DNA of 64,000 nucleotides, taken from the NCBI GenBank assembly GCA_965263355.1, contig CBDHHL010000048.1:64001-128000 (forward strand). The letters are read 5' to 3'. Positions 30,900 to 40,918 of this stretch are shown here, one piece after another (position 1 is the first letter of the stretch; each line of letters begins with the position of its first letter). Origin of the DNA: Leptolyngbyaceae cyanobacterium. Lineage in GTDB: Bacteria > Cyanobacteriota > Cyanobacteriia > Phormidesmidales > Phormidesmidaceae. A program made the translations under genes and the position numbers. The notes under the pieces were generated by a model. It did no database searches. It was not told where the DNA came from and saw nothing but the letters and a program-made list of their open reading frames with translations.

Positions 30900-31742
30900 A
30901 TGATACGTATAGCCTACTTAGGACCAACTGGAAGCTACTCTGAATTAGCTGCCACTAAATATGCCCATTGGCTAAAGAAGCAACATAATGAATTATCTAC
31001 ACTGAAATCTTACAATACGATTTCCAAAGCAATTCAAGCAGTCGCTATAGGTGAAACTGGTAAGGCTATTGTTCCGATTGAAAACTCTATAGGTGGAAGT
31101 GTACGTGACACCCTAGACATGTTGTGGGAACTAGACAACTTAAAAATCCAAAATAACCTGGTAATCCCAATTCATCATGCACTCTTATCTAAGGCAACTA
31201 GCCTAAGTAATATACAGAAAGTTTATTCTCATCCTCAAGCTCTCACCCAATGCCAAAAATGGCTAACAGCCAATCTGCCTAATGCAACTCAAATAGCAAC
31301 CAGCTCTACAACCGAAGCCCTACCTCAATTATCCAAAGATAAGACATTGGCATCAATCTCCCCGCTATGGGCAGCTAAACTTTACAACCTTCCTGCATTG
31401 GCAGCTCCTATCAATGACACCCCTGACAATGCAACACGTTTTTGGGTTCTAGGCCAAACCTTACTTCACCATGGCAGTCATACTTCCCTCGCATTTAGAC
31501 TGCCAGATAATGCACCAGGTGCCTTACTAAAACCGCTACAACTATTTGCGACCCAAGGCATTAATATGAGCCGCATCGAATCACGCCCAACTAAACTAGC
31601 TTTGGGAGACTATCGATTTTTTATTGATATTGAAGCAAGTTTGGACGACCCTAATACTCAAGCCACTTTGCAATTACTCAAGAATTGCACCAAAACCTTA
31701 AAAATCTTTGGCAGTTATGAACAAGTTCAAGACTACCTCTAA
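30900..31742 (+). CDS. pheA: Prephenate dehydratase
   Basis: AYLGPTGSYS, PIENS, SHPQAL, NATRF, ACT domain IESRP; ATG 30900 preferred. Confidence 0.93.
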   Translation: MIRIAYLGPTGSYSELAATKYAHWLKKQHNELSTLKSYNTISKAIQAVAIGETGKAIVPIENSIGGSVRDTLDMLWELDNLKIQNNLVIPIHHALLSKATSLSNIQKVYSHPQALTQCQKWLTANLPNATQIATSSTTEALPQLSKDKTLASISPLWAAKLYNLPALAAPINDTPDNATRFWVLGQTLLHHGSHTSLAFRLPDNAPGALLKPLQLFATQGINMSRIESRPTKLALGDYRFFIDIEASLDDPNTQATLQLLKNCTKTLKIFGSYEQVQDYL

Positions 31743-31875
31743 TACAGCGTCAAATTTAAGAATTCGGCTAATGCTTGCTGAAAAGCTTGAATCTAAAGAT
31801 TTTCCAGAAAGTGCATATCTGAAAATTCAGTCTTGACGAATCACTAGTAAGATTACACAATTCAAAAATGCGCAA

Positions 31876-32535
31876 CTACTGCGATTCCCCATCTTCAGGT
31901 AATACGTCTTTCAAAGCTGTACGAGCTGCCAAGTGATTTCGGGTAGACGTTAAGATATCCGCCTCACGTTCTAAACGCTGGGCTGTATCTTGCATCTCTA
32001 ACAACTGTTGTTGTTCTCTCGCTACACCGTGTAATGTACTAGCAATCCAATAAGACAGTTCTAGGGGCAATTCTGGAACACTCTCAGGAAATTGAATTTC
32101 TTGACTCGTTAGCTTAGATGAAAGATGCACAACATCACGCAACAATTGGTCTACTTCAGATGCTAAAGATGTCAAATCTTTTTCTACAACTTCATCTTCA
32201 ATCCATTCAACCAAACCAACACGATAAGGCTTTTCCCGAACATAATCCAAAACACGAAACCTTTGCTGCCCCATAGTCAATATTTTCATACGATCATCCG
32301 GAAGACGTTGAAAATGAATAACTTCAGCACAACAACCAACCTTAGAAATTTCACCATTATCAGGATCGATCATAAGTACACCAAAACGCCGATCCGACTG
32401 AAGGATCGTATTCATCATGATGCGATAACGAAACTCAAATATATGAAGCGGTAAATGCCTACCAGGAAAGAGCACCAACTCAGGTAATGGGAATAAAGGT
32501 AACTCTCGAACAGCGACTGATGAAGCAAAATCCAT
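31876..32535 (-). CDS. LON peptidase substrate-binding (LON_N) domain protein
   Basis: LPLFPL, VLFPG, LHIFEFRYR, QQRFRV; no AAA or protease domain. Confidence 0.88.
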   Translation of the reverse strand: MDFASSVAVRELPLFPLPELVLFPGRHLPLHIFEFRYRIMMNTILQSDRRFGVLMIDPDNGEISKVGCCAEVIHFQRLPDDRMKILTMGQQRFRVLDYVREKPYRVGLVEWIEDEVVEKDLTSLASEVDQLLRDVVHLSSKLTSQEIQFPESVPELPLELSYWIASTLHGVAREQQQLLEMQDTAQRLEREADILTSTRNHLAARTALKDVLPEDGESQ

Positions 32536-32770
32536 TATGGCGGGTAGGAGATACTTTTAGGCAAACATCCAAACTAAAGGCACCGTAAACAAGCCTATGA
32601 ATGCGCAAGATTATTCTAACCTATCCATTAGATTCAAACATTGCCCTTCTGAAGCCCTTATATAGATAAGATATACCTAAACACTGTAGGAACAGTTGTT
32701 CAGGTATATTACTAAATTGATACTCACCGTATCCACGAAACATCCAGCGAAGAATACCTAGCTTAGGGAC

Positions 32771-33088
32771 TTAGAGTTTAACCTCAATATCTACACCAGC
32801 GGGCAAATCTAGTTTCATTAGCGCATCAATCGTTTTAGACGTAGGTTGATAAATATCAATGATACGGCGATGAGTACGAGTTTCAAAGTGCTCTCGAGAA
32901 TCTTTATTTACATGGGGAGAACGAAGCACACAGTAAATTTTGCGCTTGGTAGGCAAGGGAATTGGTCCAATCGCGGTAGCGTTGGTTCGGTTTGCTGTAT
33001 CTACAATCTTTTCGCAAGAAGTATCTAAGAGACGGCGGTCAAATGCCTTCAAGCGAATACGAATTTTTTGCTGCTGAATAGTAGCCAT
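32771..33088 (-). CDS. rpsJ: 30S ribosomal protein S10
   Basis: [31 protein letters not shown]. Confidence 0.98.
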   Translation of the reverse strand: MATIQQQKIRIRLKAFDRRLLDTSCEKIVDTANRTNATAIGPIPLPTKRKIYCVLRSPHVNKDSREHFETRTHRRIIDIYQPTSKTIDALMKLDLPAGVDIEVKL

Positions 33089-33202
33089 TACGACTTAAAG
33101 CGTCCTTCAATTATCAAGGTACAAGTGGCCCGAAAGCCAAGAGAGCGAAGAAGGCAACCACCTTCTTCGCATTGGACTAAAATCACTCAGTAATCAATTT
33201 AT

Positions 33203-34432
33203 TTACTCAGTAATTTTTGAAACTACGCCAGCACCTACGGTGCGGCCACCCTCACGGATAGCAAAGCGCATACCTTCTTCAACTGCAACTGGGTTAATCA
33301 GTTCCACATTCATCTTAATGCGATCGCCGGGCATAACCATTTCGGCTGCACTACCATCGTCAGCAGTGAAACTCGCAATAGAACCCGTTACATCAGTTGT
33401 ACGAACGTAGAACTGAGGCTTATAGCCAGGAAAGAAAGGAGTATGACGACCGCCTTCCTCCTTGTTTAGTACGTAAACTTCTGCCTCAAACTTAGTATGG
33501 GGTGTGATGCTCTTGGGCTTTGCCAAAACCATGCCGCGAAGAATATCTTCCTTCTGAACACCACGCAGAAGGATACCAACGTTATCGCCAGCCATACCTT
33601 CATCGAGAGTCTTCTGAAACATCTCAACACCCGTGACAGTGCTTTCAACCGTGTCACGAATCCCAACAATTTCGACAGTCTCGCCAACCTTGACTTTACC
33701 ACGCTCAATTCGGCCAGTTGCAACAGTACCACGACCAGTAATTGAGAAGACGTCCTCAACAGCCATCAAGAAAGGCTTATCAACGTCACGTTCAGGAGTG
33801 GGAATATAAGCATCAACTTCATCCATAAGGGCATGAATTTTATCAACCCACTCATCCTCACCGCGACTAATGTCACCCTTTGCTTGTAAAGCTTCAACAG
33901 CTTTAAGTGCAGAACCTATGGCAACGGGAATCTCATCACCATCAAACTCGTAGGAACTCAAAAGTTCTCGAACCTCCAGTTCAACCAGCTCAAGCAGTTC
34001 TTCATCATCGACTTGATCCTCTTTATTTAAGAAGACAACGATGTTAGGTACACCGACCTGCTTAGCGAGCAAAATATGCTCACGAGTCTGAGGCATAGGA
34101 CCATCAGCTGCGGAACATACCAAGATAGCACCATCCATCTGAGCCGCACCTGTGATCATATTCTTAACGTAGTCTGCGTGTCCGGGACAGTCTACGTGAG
34201 CATAGTGGCGAGTCTCAGTCTCGTATTCCACGTGAGCCGTATTAATGGTGATACCCCGCGCTTTCTCCTCAGGAGCCGCATCAATATCCTCATAATTGCG
34301 AGCCTTAGCGCCACCAGCTGCTGCCAAAGTCATGGTAATAGCAGCTGTTAGAGTAGTTTTACCGTGGTCAACATGGCCAATAGTGCCAATGTTAACGTGA
34401 GGTTTACTTCTTTCAAACTTTTCGCGTGCCAT
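33203..34432 (-). CDS. tuf: Elongation factor Tu
   Basis: [17 protein letters not shown]; str-operon position. Confidence 0.98.
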   Translation of the reverse strand: MAREKFERSKPHVNIGTIGHVDHGKTTLTAAITMTLAAAGGAKARNYEDIDAAPEEKARGITINTAHVEYETETRHYAHVDCPGHADYVKNMITGAAQMDGAILVCSAADGPMPQTREHILLAKQVGVPNIVVFLNKEDQVDDEELLELVELEVRELLSSYEFDGDEIPVAIGSALKAVEALQAKGDISRGEDEWVDKIHALMDEVDAYIPTPERDVDKPFLMAVEDVFSITGRGTVATGRIERGKVKVGETVEIVGIRDTVESTVTGVEMFQKTLDEGMAGDNVGILLRGVQKEDILRGMVLAKPKSITPHTKFEAEVYVLNKEEGGRHTPFFPGYKPQFYVRTTDVTGSIASFTADDGSAAEMVMPGDRIKMNVELINPVAVEEGMRFAIREGGRTVGAGVVSKITE

Positions 34433-34457
34433 GTATTTACTGTGTCCCTAAACTAAC

Positions 34458-36533
34458 TTATGCGTTCCCTTTATTTCTAGCGATAACCGCATCAGCCACA
34501 TTACGCGGAACATCCGCATAGTGGCTAAACTCCATAGAGAATATGCCTCGACCCTGAGTCTTTGAACGGATGTCAGTGGCATAGCCAAACATCTCAGCCA
34601 GTGGTACGTTTGCACTAACCTTGGCCAGGCCGTCCTCAGACCCCATACCCTCAATCTGGCCTCGACGAGAGTTAAGGTCTCCCATGATGTCACCAAGAAA
34701 CTCCTCAGGAGCCTCAACTTCGATTTTCATCATAGGTTCCAGTAATACTGGAGAAGCCTTTGTGACAGCATCTTGAATAGCCATTGACCCAGCGATCTTA
34801 AAGGCCATCTCAGATGAGTCCACATCGTGGTAAGAACCGTCTACCAGTGTGACTTTAATGTCGATCACGGGATACCCAGCTAGAATACCAGATTCGCACT
34901 TTTCTTTCATGCCAGCTTCCGAAGGGCCAATGAATTCCTTAGGCACCGTACCACCAACAATCTTAGATTCGAACTCAAATCCGGAGCCTTCTTCCCCTGG
35001 CTCAACTTCAATCACAACATGGCCAAATTGCCCCTTACCTCCACTTTGGCGCACAAACTTACCTTCAGCGGCAACCGCCTTGCGAATGGTTTCGCGGTAG
35101 GCAACCTGGGGTGCACCAATATTTGCTTCTACCTTAAATTCTCGCTTCATACGATCCACGAGAATATCCAGATGAAGCTCCCCCATTCCTGCAATTACTG
35201 TCTGATTCGTTTCAGGATTGGTAGAAACCCTAAACGTTGGATCTTCTTCAGACAGCGATTGTAAAGCTTTAGCCAGCTTTTCCATATCCTGCTTAGTTTT
35301 AGGCTCCACAGCCACGGATATGACAGGCTCTGGCACGAATAAGGACTCTAACACAATCGGACTATCAGTTGTACAGATTGTGTCCCCTGTAGTTGTGTCC
35401 TTAAGACCTAATACAGCACCTAAATCACCAGCTCGAAGTTCATCAACTTCAATACGGTCATCTGCCTTGAGGATAATTAAACGAGAGATCCGCTCTTTTT
35501 TGTCCTTCGTAGCATTGTACACATAACTACCTTTGGCCAAGACGCCCGAATACATGCGAATAAAGGTGAGTCGCCCGTAGGGATCCGACATAATCTTAAA
35601 TGCCAGAGCTGCTAGCGGCCCATCATCCTCAGGAGGGCGCTCTCCCGTCTTTCCATCAGGTAGTGTGCCTTGGATAGCTGGCACTTCCAGAGGAGAAGGT
35701 AAATAATCAACAACCGCATCTAAAAGAAGTTGAACCCCCTTATTCTTGAATGCTGAGCCGCAAAGCATCGGCACTAACCCACTGTCAGTAACTCCTTTGT
35801 GCAAAGCATCGATGATTTCTTTTTCGGTCAGCTCTTCACCCTCAAGATATTTTTCCATGAGAGTATCATCAGTCTCGGCAATCGCTTCAATTAGCAGAGT
35901 CCGATACTCATCAGCCTGCGCTTGAAGATCACCTGGAATATCGACTTCCTCAATATCGGTACCCAAATCATTGGTGTAGACATGGGCTCGCATCCTAACC
36001 AAATCCACCACACCCTGAAACTGATCTTCAGCACCAATGGGTATCTGAATAGGGACAGCGTTGGCTTTGAGTCGATCTCGCACTTGTTCGTACACTCGGA
36101 AAAAATTAGCCCCAGTGCGATCCATCTTATTGACAAACGCAATACGTGGAACGCTGTAGCGATCGGCCTGCCGCCAAACCGTTTCCGATTGAGGCTGTAC
36201 ACCTCCCACTGAGCAAAAAACAGCAATTACACCATCTAGAACGCGCATTGAACGTTCTACCTCAATAGTGAAATCTACGTGCCCAGGAGTATCAATAATA
36301 TTGACTTGATGGTCACGCCAGCTAGTACTGATGGCAGCAGCCGTAATCGTGATGCCACGTTCTTGCTCTTGCTCCATCCAATCGGTCACCGCATTACCGT
36401 CATGTACCTCTCCAATCTTGTGAACAACACCAGAGTAGAAAAGGATACGTTCGGTTGTTGTGGTCTTACCGGCATCAATGTGAGCAGCGATGCCAATATT
36501 TCTAACTCTGTCTAATGGAGAGATTCGTGCCAT
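34458..36533 (-). CDS. fusA: Elongation factor G
   Basis: [17 protein letters not shown]; str-operon position. Confidence 0.98.
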   Translation of the reverse strand: MARISPLDRVRNIGIAAHIDAGKTTTTERILFYSGVVHKIGEVHDGNAVTDWMEQEQERGITITAAAISTSWRDHQVNIIDTPGHVDFTIEVERSMRVLDGVIAVFCSVGGVQPQSETVWRQADRYSVPRIAFVNKMDRTGANFFRVYEQVRDRLKANAVPIQIPIGAEDQFQGVVDLVRMRAHVYTNDLGTDIEEVDIPGDLQAQADEYRTLLIEAIAETDDTLMEKYLEGEELTEKEIIDALHKGVTDSGLVPMLCGSAFKNKGVQLLLDAVVDYLPSPLEVPAIQGTLPDGKTGERPPEDDGPLAALAFKIMSDPYGRLTFIRMYSGVLAKGSYVYNATKDKKERISRLIILKADDRIEVDELRAGDLGAVLGLKDTTTGDTICTTDSPIVLESLFVPEPVISVAVEPKTKQDMEKLAKALQSLSEEDPTFRVSTNPETNQTVIAGMGELHLDILVDRMKREFKVEANIGAPQVAYRETIRKAVAAEGKFVRQSGGKGQFGHVVIEVEPGEEGSGFEFESKIVGGTVPKEFIGPSEAGMKEKCESGILAGYPVIDIKVTLVDGSYHDVDSSEMAFKIAGSMAIQDAVTKASPVLLEPMMKIEVEAPEEFLGDIMGDLNSRRGQIEGMGSEDGLAKVSANVPLAEMFGYATDIRSKTQGRGIFSMEFSHYADVPRNVADAVIARNKGNA

Positions 36534-36597
36534 GCCTGTAGTCTCGCAACGACATACTTAAAAGCCATTTTGCTAACATTCAAGCCAAACTCTATGG

Positions 36598-37068
36598 CTA
36601 GTAACGGTAATGGGCAAACGCCTTATTAGCTTCTGCCATACGATGCGTTTCTTCCCGCTTACGCACAGCACCACCGGTTTCATTAGCTGCATCCATTAGC
36701 TCATTAGCGAGCTTGATAGCCATACTCTTCCCAGCCCGCTGGCGAGCAAACTGAGAAATCCAACGTAGTGATAAAGCAGTACCCCGATCAGCACGAACTT
36801 CCATAGGAACTTGATAGGTGGCACCACCCACACGACGAGCCTTCACTTCAACCAGGGGTGTTGTATTACGTACAGCCTGTTCAAATACCTCCAAAGGCTC
36901 GTTACCAGTACGTTCTTTGATAAGTTCAAAGGCTCCATAAACAATTCGGAGTGATAAGGACTTTTTACCGCTGACCATGATGCGCCGAACCATCATGCTG
37001 ACCAATCGGCTGCCGTACACAGAATCAGGTGGGACAACGCGCTTCTGAGCGCTTGAACGACGAGACAT
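36598..37068 (-). CDS. rpsG: 30S ribosomal protein S7
   Basis: [25 protein letters not shown]. Confidence 0.98.
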   Translation of the reverse strand: MSRRSSAQKRVVPPDSVYGSRLVSMMVRRIMVSGKKSLSLRIVYGAFELIKERTGNEPLEVFEQAVRNTTPLVEVKARRVGGATYQVPMEVRADRGTALSLRWISQFARQRAGKSMAIKLANELMDAANETGGAVRKREETHRMAEANKAFAHYRY

Positions 37069-37232
37069 AGTAATCCTTTGATAAGACGTATGAGCTGAGT
37101 GCTAAGAGTCGGCAAATGTCGACAATATTTAGCTAGAAAGTCTGTGGCGGATACACTAGCAAACGCACTGCAACTATACGAAAGCTCAGGGCCACACCTG
37201 CCCACCTCCCGTAGTGCGCTGCCGCAGAACCG

Positions 37233-37607
37233 TTACTCTTTAGGACGCTTAGCGCCATATTTTGAACGACCTTGACGGCGATCCTTCACCCCAGCGGTGT
37301 CGAGGGTGCCACGGATAATATGGTAACGAACACCTGGAAGGTCTTTAACACGACCGCCGCGAATCATAACAACGGAGTGTTCTTGTAAATTGTGACCAAT
37401 GCCAGGAATGTAGGCAGTAACCTCAAAACCAGACGTTAATCGGACCCTGGCTACTTTGCGCAATGCCGAATTGGGTTTCTTGGGCGTTGTAGTGTAAACA
37501 CGAGTACAAACTCCTCGACGCTGAGGGCAACTCTTCAGCGCTGGGGATTTTGTCTTTTTCTGAGCGTTGCTGCGCTCACTCCGAATGAGCTGTTGAATGG
37601 TTGGCAT
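37233..37607 (-). CDS. rpsL: 30S ribosomal protein S12
   Basis: [17 protein letters not shown]. Confidence 0.98.
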   Translation of the reverse strand: MPTIQQLIRSERSNAQKKTKSPALKSCPQRRGVCTRVYTTTPKKPNSALRKVARVRLTSGFEVTAYIPGIGHNLQEHSVVMIRGGRVKDLPGVRYHIIRGTLDTAGVKDRRQGRSKYGAKRPKE

Positions 37608-37707
37608 ACTTAAAAAGGCAAATGCCTACTTTTCGAAGTTTTCACAAGACCCCATCATATCGATTCTAGAAACTTATTGTCAATCATTTTTTAGTCTTTC
37701 CCATTTG

Positions 37708-37750
37708 CAGATAGCGGTCTAGGTCAAAATCCGACCTAGACCGCTATCTG
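37708..37750. terminator. 18-bp perfect inverted repeat downstream of the cupin gene, upstream of rpsL
   Basis: CAGATAGCGGTCTAGGTC-7 nt-GACCTAGACCGCTATCTG; no clear U-tail. Confidence 0.6.
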
Positions 37751-37801
37751 TGGCCAAGCTATATTCAATTCTTCAACAGCTAGTATCGGCCTGAGTTGAC
37801 T

Positions 37802-38230
37802 CTATTTACTATCTGTGCGGGCATAGTCATCCTGAAAACGAATGATGTCATCTTCACCCAAATATTCACCATTCTGCACTTCGATGAGGACAAGGGGAAT
37901 GACACCCGAATTTTCTAATCGGTGAGCAGTACAAGCAGGCACATAGGTAGACTGATTAGTACAGAGCAGAATTTCCTGATCACCACAAATGACTTTAGCC
38001 GTACCAGATACAACAATCCAGTGCTCACTGCGATGATGATGCATCTGTAGGCTCAGACGATGCCCAGGCTTAACCTCAATGCGCTTGATCTTGTAGCCTT
38101 TACCTTCTTCGAGAACGGTAAAAGAGCCCCAAGGCCTTGTGTCGAACTTAGGAGAGTTATCTGTGACTGTAGTCAAGTTCTCTTTAGTTTCTTGCGTGGA
38201 GGACTTAGGACGATCTTGAGTTTGGACCAT
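37802..38230 (-). CDS. Stand-alone phosphomannose isomerase type II C-terminal cupin protein
   Basis: RPWG, LSLQMHHHRSEHW, HRLEN, IEVQNGEYLGEDDI. Confidence 0.88.
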   Translation of the reverse strand: MVQTQDRPKSSTQETKENLTTVTDNSPKFDTRPWGSFTVLEEGKGYKIKRIEVKPGHRLSLQMHHHRSEHWIVVSGTAKVICGDQEILLCTNQSTYVPACTAHRLENSGVIPLVLIEVQNGEYLGEDDIIRFQDDYARTDSK

Positions 38231-38638
38231 GGTGATAGTTCCTTTTTAGAAAAGACAGATAGCAGCTACTTTTTGTGGTTGATTTTTAGACGTTACTAGG
38301 GTCAAGGGATGCTTAACCTGTATTAACTGAGCAGTAGGCGTTATAACTGCGCCGTCAAATGACAGCGTAAGATTCGAATACCGATTTAGTAACCTTTAGT
38401 TACCATACGTATTGAGTAGCCAAAGGGTTCTTTAAAGGCACCGTTGTACAGAAACTTGAGGGTTTAGTATCAAACACAGGCTTCTGTGAGCACACTTTGC
38501 CTAAGGCATTTTATTCAGGTCTCATCATAACAGTGGAAATTGGATAGGTGTCAGGGGTGAGGCTACCGAAAGGATTAACTAAACGGAGTCTTCAATTTCC
38601 GCGGGATACCTTAAAGTTTGCTTCAATCAAGAGCAAGC

Positions 38639-40486
38639 TTAAGGACGATTCTTGTTAAGAGGATTAGCAAATAGGCCTAGGGCATTATTGATACGGGCAG
38701 CTGTACGAGGATATCGATTAACTAACTGTCCGCTTAGATAGAGGCTTGATGAACTTCCACCATCCAAATTAAGGGCTTCGGTACAGTCCAGTTTTTGCAG
38801 AATCTTAGCAGTTTCGTTGAGAGTCGGCCCTCGACCTCCAACCCGATCCTGAATAGCGACCAATTTCATTTGCCCGGTGGCAGTCATACCAATCACACTT
38901 CTGGGCGCTTTTCCTTCAATAAAGTTGCGGCTAAACGACTCTCTTTGAGCATCTAGAACAACATTACCGTTAGTTATCAGTAAAGGACCTGCACCGAGGA
39001 TATGTGGAAATTGCTCAAACCGAGCAGGTTGGGCTTGTTGATTTAGGGTTAAGGTGCTGCCTTGCGGGAATGCAGTTGCGGCAGAATTAAAAGACCGCAG
39101 CACTAATATATAGTCTGCAGAAGGAATTGGAACAGTGTCTTGACCAGCTATACCCAGCGTACGTTGTTGAATCACCCGGTTATTTTGAACGGTGATGATA
39201 ATTTCGTTGTCAACCAGGCTGGTGTACTGGGTGCCCCAGTCTTCTGTATAGCGAGCAATACCAGCTTTAACATAACCACTGTTAAGTGTATCTACCGCGT
39301 AAGTTTGGTTGCTCGCGGTAACGGTAGAACTCAAAGTGAGACGAGCCATATTAATATTGCCTTGATCATCCCAGCCGATGGCCCCACGCCCTAGGATTGG
39401 TCCAGAAATCCAACGATTGTTATAGCGTAAGGCTCCTAATGGCAGCTGATTGTTGCGATTAAAAAAGCCTCCATTAATCAGAGCTGTAGTCTGCCATTGG
39501 GCCGCTAAATCTTCTGGCGCTTTAATGCCAGGTGCTTGATCGGGAAACGCCCACAGGGGTAGTAATGAAAAGTCAGGATGGTTAGGGTCTAGACTCAGTG
39601 TATAAACAGGAAAACGCTGACGATTAACGTCAACATAACGCTGTTGAAATTGCAACCCATCAGTCCAGAGAATTTCTTTGGGTATTAGGGGATCGGGGCG
39701 AATATCAAGGACCAGTCGATTGGGTTCCGCTAAGCTCCATAAATGGGCATTAAAGTGATTGGCAACAGTCAGTGTTAAGGTAGTGCGCTGGCCACTGGAG
39801 CTGATATTAATGCTTTTGAGGCTTTGGGTTGGGACTAGTTTGAAATGTGAGATCGCCCCCCTATCCATGGCTGCATCCACCGTCACCGTAATGCTATTGG
39901 TTAGCGAACTCACCTGCCATGCAGCAGCTTTACTTAAATCAAGCACCAGGCGATCACCCCAGGATTGACGGCCTTGCCGAACGGCCATGATCTGGCTAGA
40001 GGGCAGGCTTAAATCAAGCACAGAGCCCTGAGAAGTAACCTGCCACCCATGCTGACGTACCAGTAGAGCTATGTCCACATAGCGATTATTTTCGTAACGC
40101 CATGCGGGTAGCTTCAACGTACCTTGATTAGCATCATTAAACCAAGTTACTGGTTGCTGCGCAGGGTTGTCTGTACTGCCTAGGTCAACACCTAACTGGG
40201 TTGCGATCGCACCATCTGTAATGCCAATTAAATCGCGTCGCTTTTGCCATGCACCAGTGACTAATCGCCCATTGATCCGCAGTTGTCGACCACTGGCCGT
40301 TGGTTCAGCAGCATCTACCAGGGCCAATCGCCCGATGGCAGAGGTTATGACATGAGTTAGAGCCGGTTGAGAGTCTATCTGAGCCACACCTAACACAACC
40401 CCAAAGACACAGAGCATCAAGGCAAAATATTTGAGTAACAATCTAAGGTAAAGCGACCAAGGATCTTGCACCGACATAGGCAACAA
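38639..40486 (-). CDS. Phosphodiester glycosidase (NAGPA/DUF2233) family exported protein
   Basis: INGGFF, GAGP, PRSVIG, ALNLDGGSS; N-terminal hydrophobic segment. Confidence 0.82.
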   Translation of the reverse strand: MLPMSVQDPWSLYLRLLLKYFALMLCVFGVVLGVAQIDSQPALTHVITSAIGRLALVDAAEPTASGRQLRINGRLVTGAWQKRRDLIGITDGAIATQLGVDLGSTDNPAQQPVTWFNDANQGTLKLPAWRYENNRYVDIALLVRQHGWQVTSQGSVLDLSLPSSQIMAVRQGRQSWGDRLVLDLSKAAAWQVSSLTNSITVTVDAAMDRGAISHFKLVPTQSLKSINISSSGQRTTLTLTVANHFNAHLWSLAEPNRLVLDIRPDPLIPKEILWTDGLQFQQRYVDVNRQRFPVYTLSLDPNHPDFSLLPLWAFPDQAPGIKAPEDLAAQWQTTALINGGFFNRNNQLPLGALRYNNRWISGPILGRGAIGWDDQGNINMARLTLSSTVTASNQTYAVDTLNSGYVKAGIARYTEDWGTQYTSLVDNEIIITVQNNRVIQQRTLGIAGQDTVPIPSADYILVLRSFNSAATAFPQGSTLTLNQQAQPARFEQFPHILGAGPLLITNGNVVLDAQRESFSRNFIEGKAPRSVIGMTATGQMKLVAIQDRVGGRGPTLNETAKILQKLDCTEALNLDGGSSSSLYLSGQLVNRYPRTAARINNALGLFANPLNKNRP

Positions 40487-40918
40487 ATCAGATGAAATAT
40501 AGCGAACTAGCCATAGGACTTTCAGATTGCCGCCAAATTTCCAAGCGTTATCAATCGTGAAACTAAATCAAGGGTACTACCTGTAGCGGGGATACTTAAT
40601 CTTTGACAGCACACAACAATTCTTGACGAATTCAAAATAAAAAATTGATAATAGCGATCCTCCAGCACTTTGAAACGACTTCTTAAGGTCGTTTCTCAGA
40701 CTTTGTGAAGGGCGGCTAAGTTTTACTTTTAGAATGTAAAGATAGTATGAACGCTGTCATAGTGAGCAAGTCATTGCCAGTGCTTACAAGCAATCGCTTG
40801 GTTTGGGAAAGGACCCTATGGATTGCTGGAAGTATCAGTCTACACATATTGATCCTATGTAGCCATGTTGACTGATGGTAGGCAGGTCATTTTTTTAGTT
40901 TCTTTTTGTGACGGACCC

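Noticed and set aside
33466..36515. Numerous short overlapping or antisense ORFs inside tuf and fusA (likewise in glsF, rne, gap1, rarA)
   Set aside because: Shadow ORFs of conserved genes, with no motifs or independent signals
40584..40596. NtcA-like site upstream of glsF (GTAGCGGGGATAC)
   Set aside because: Spacing is GTA-N7-TAC rather than the required N8
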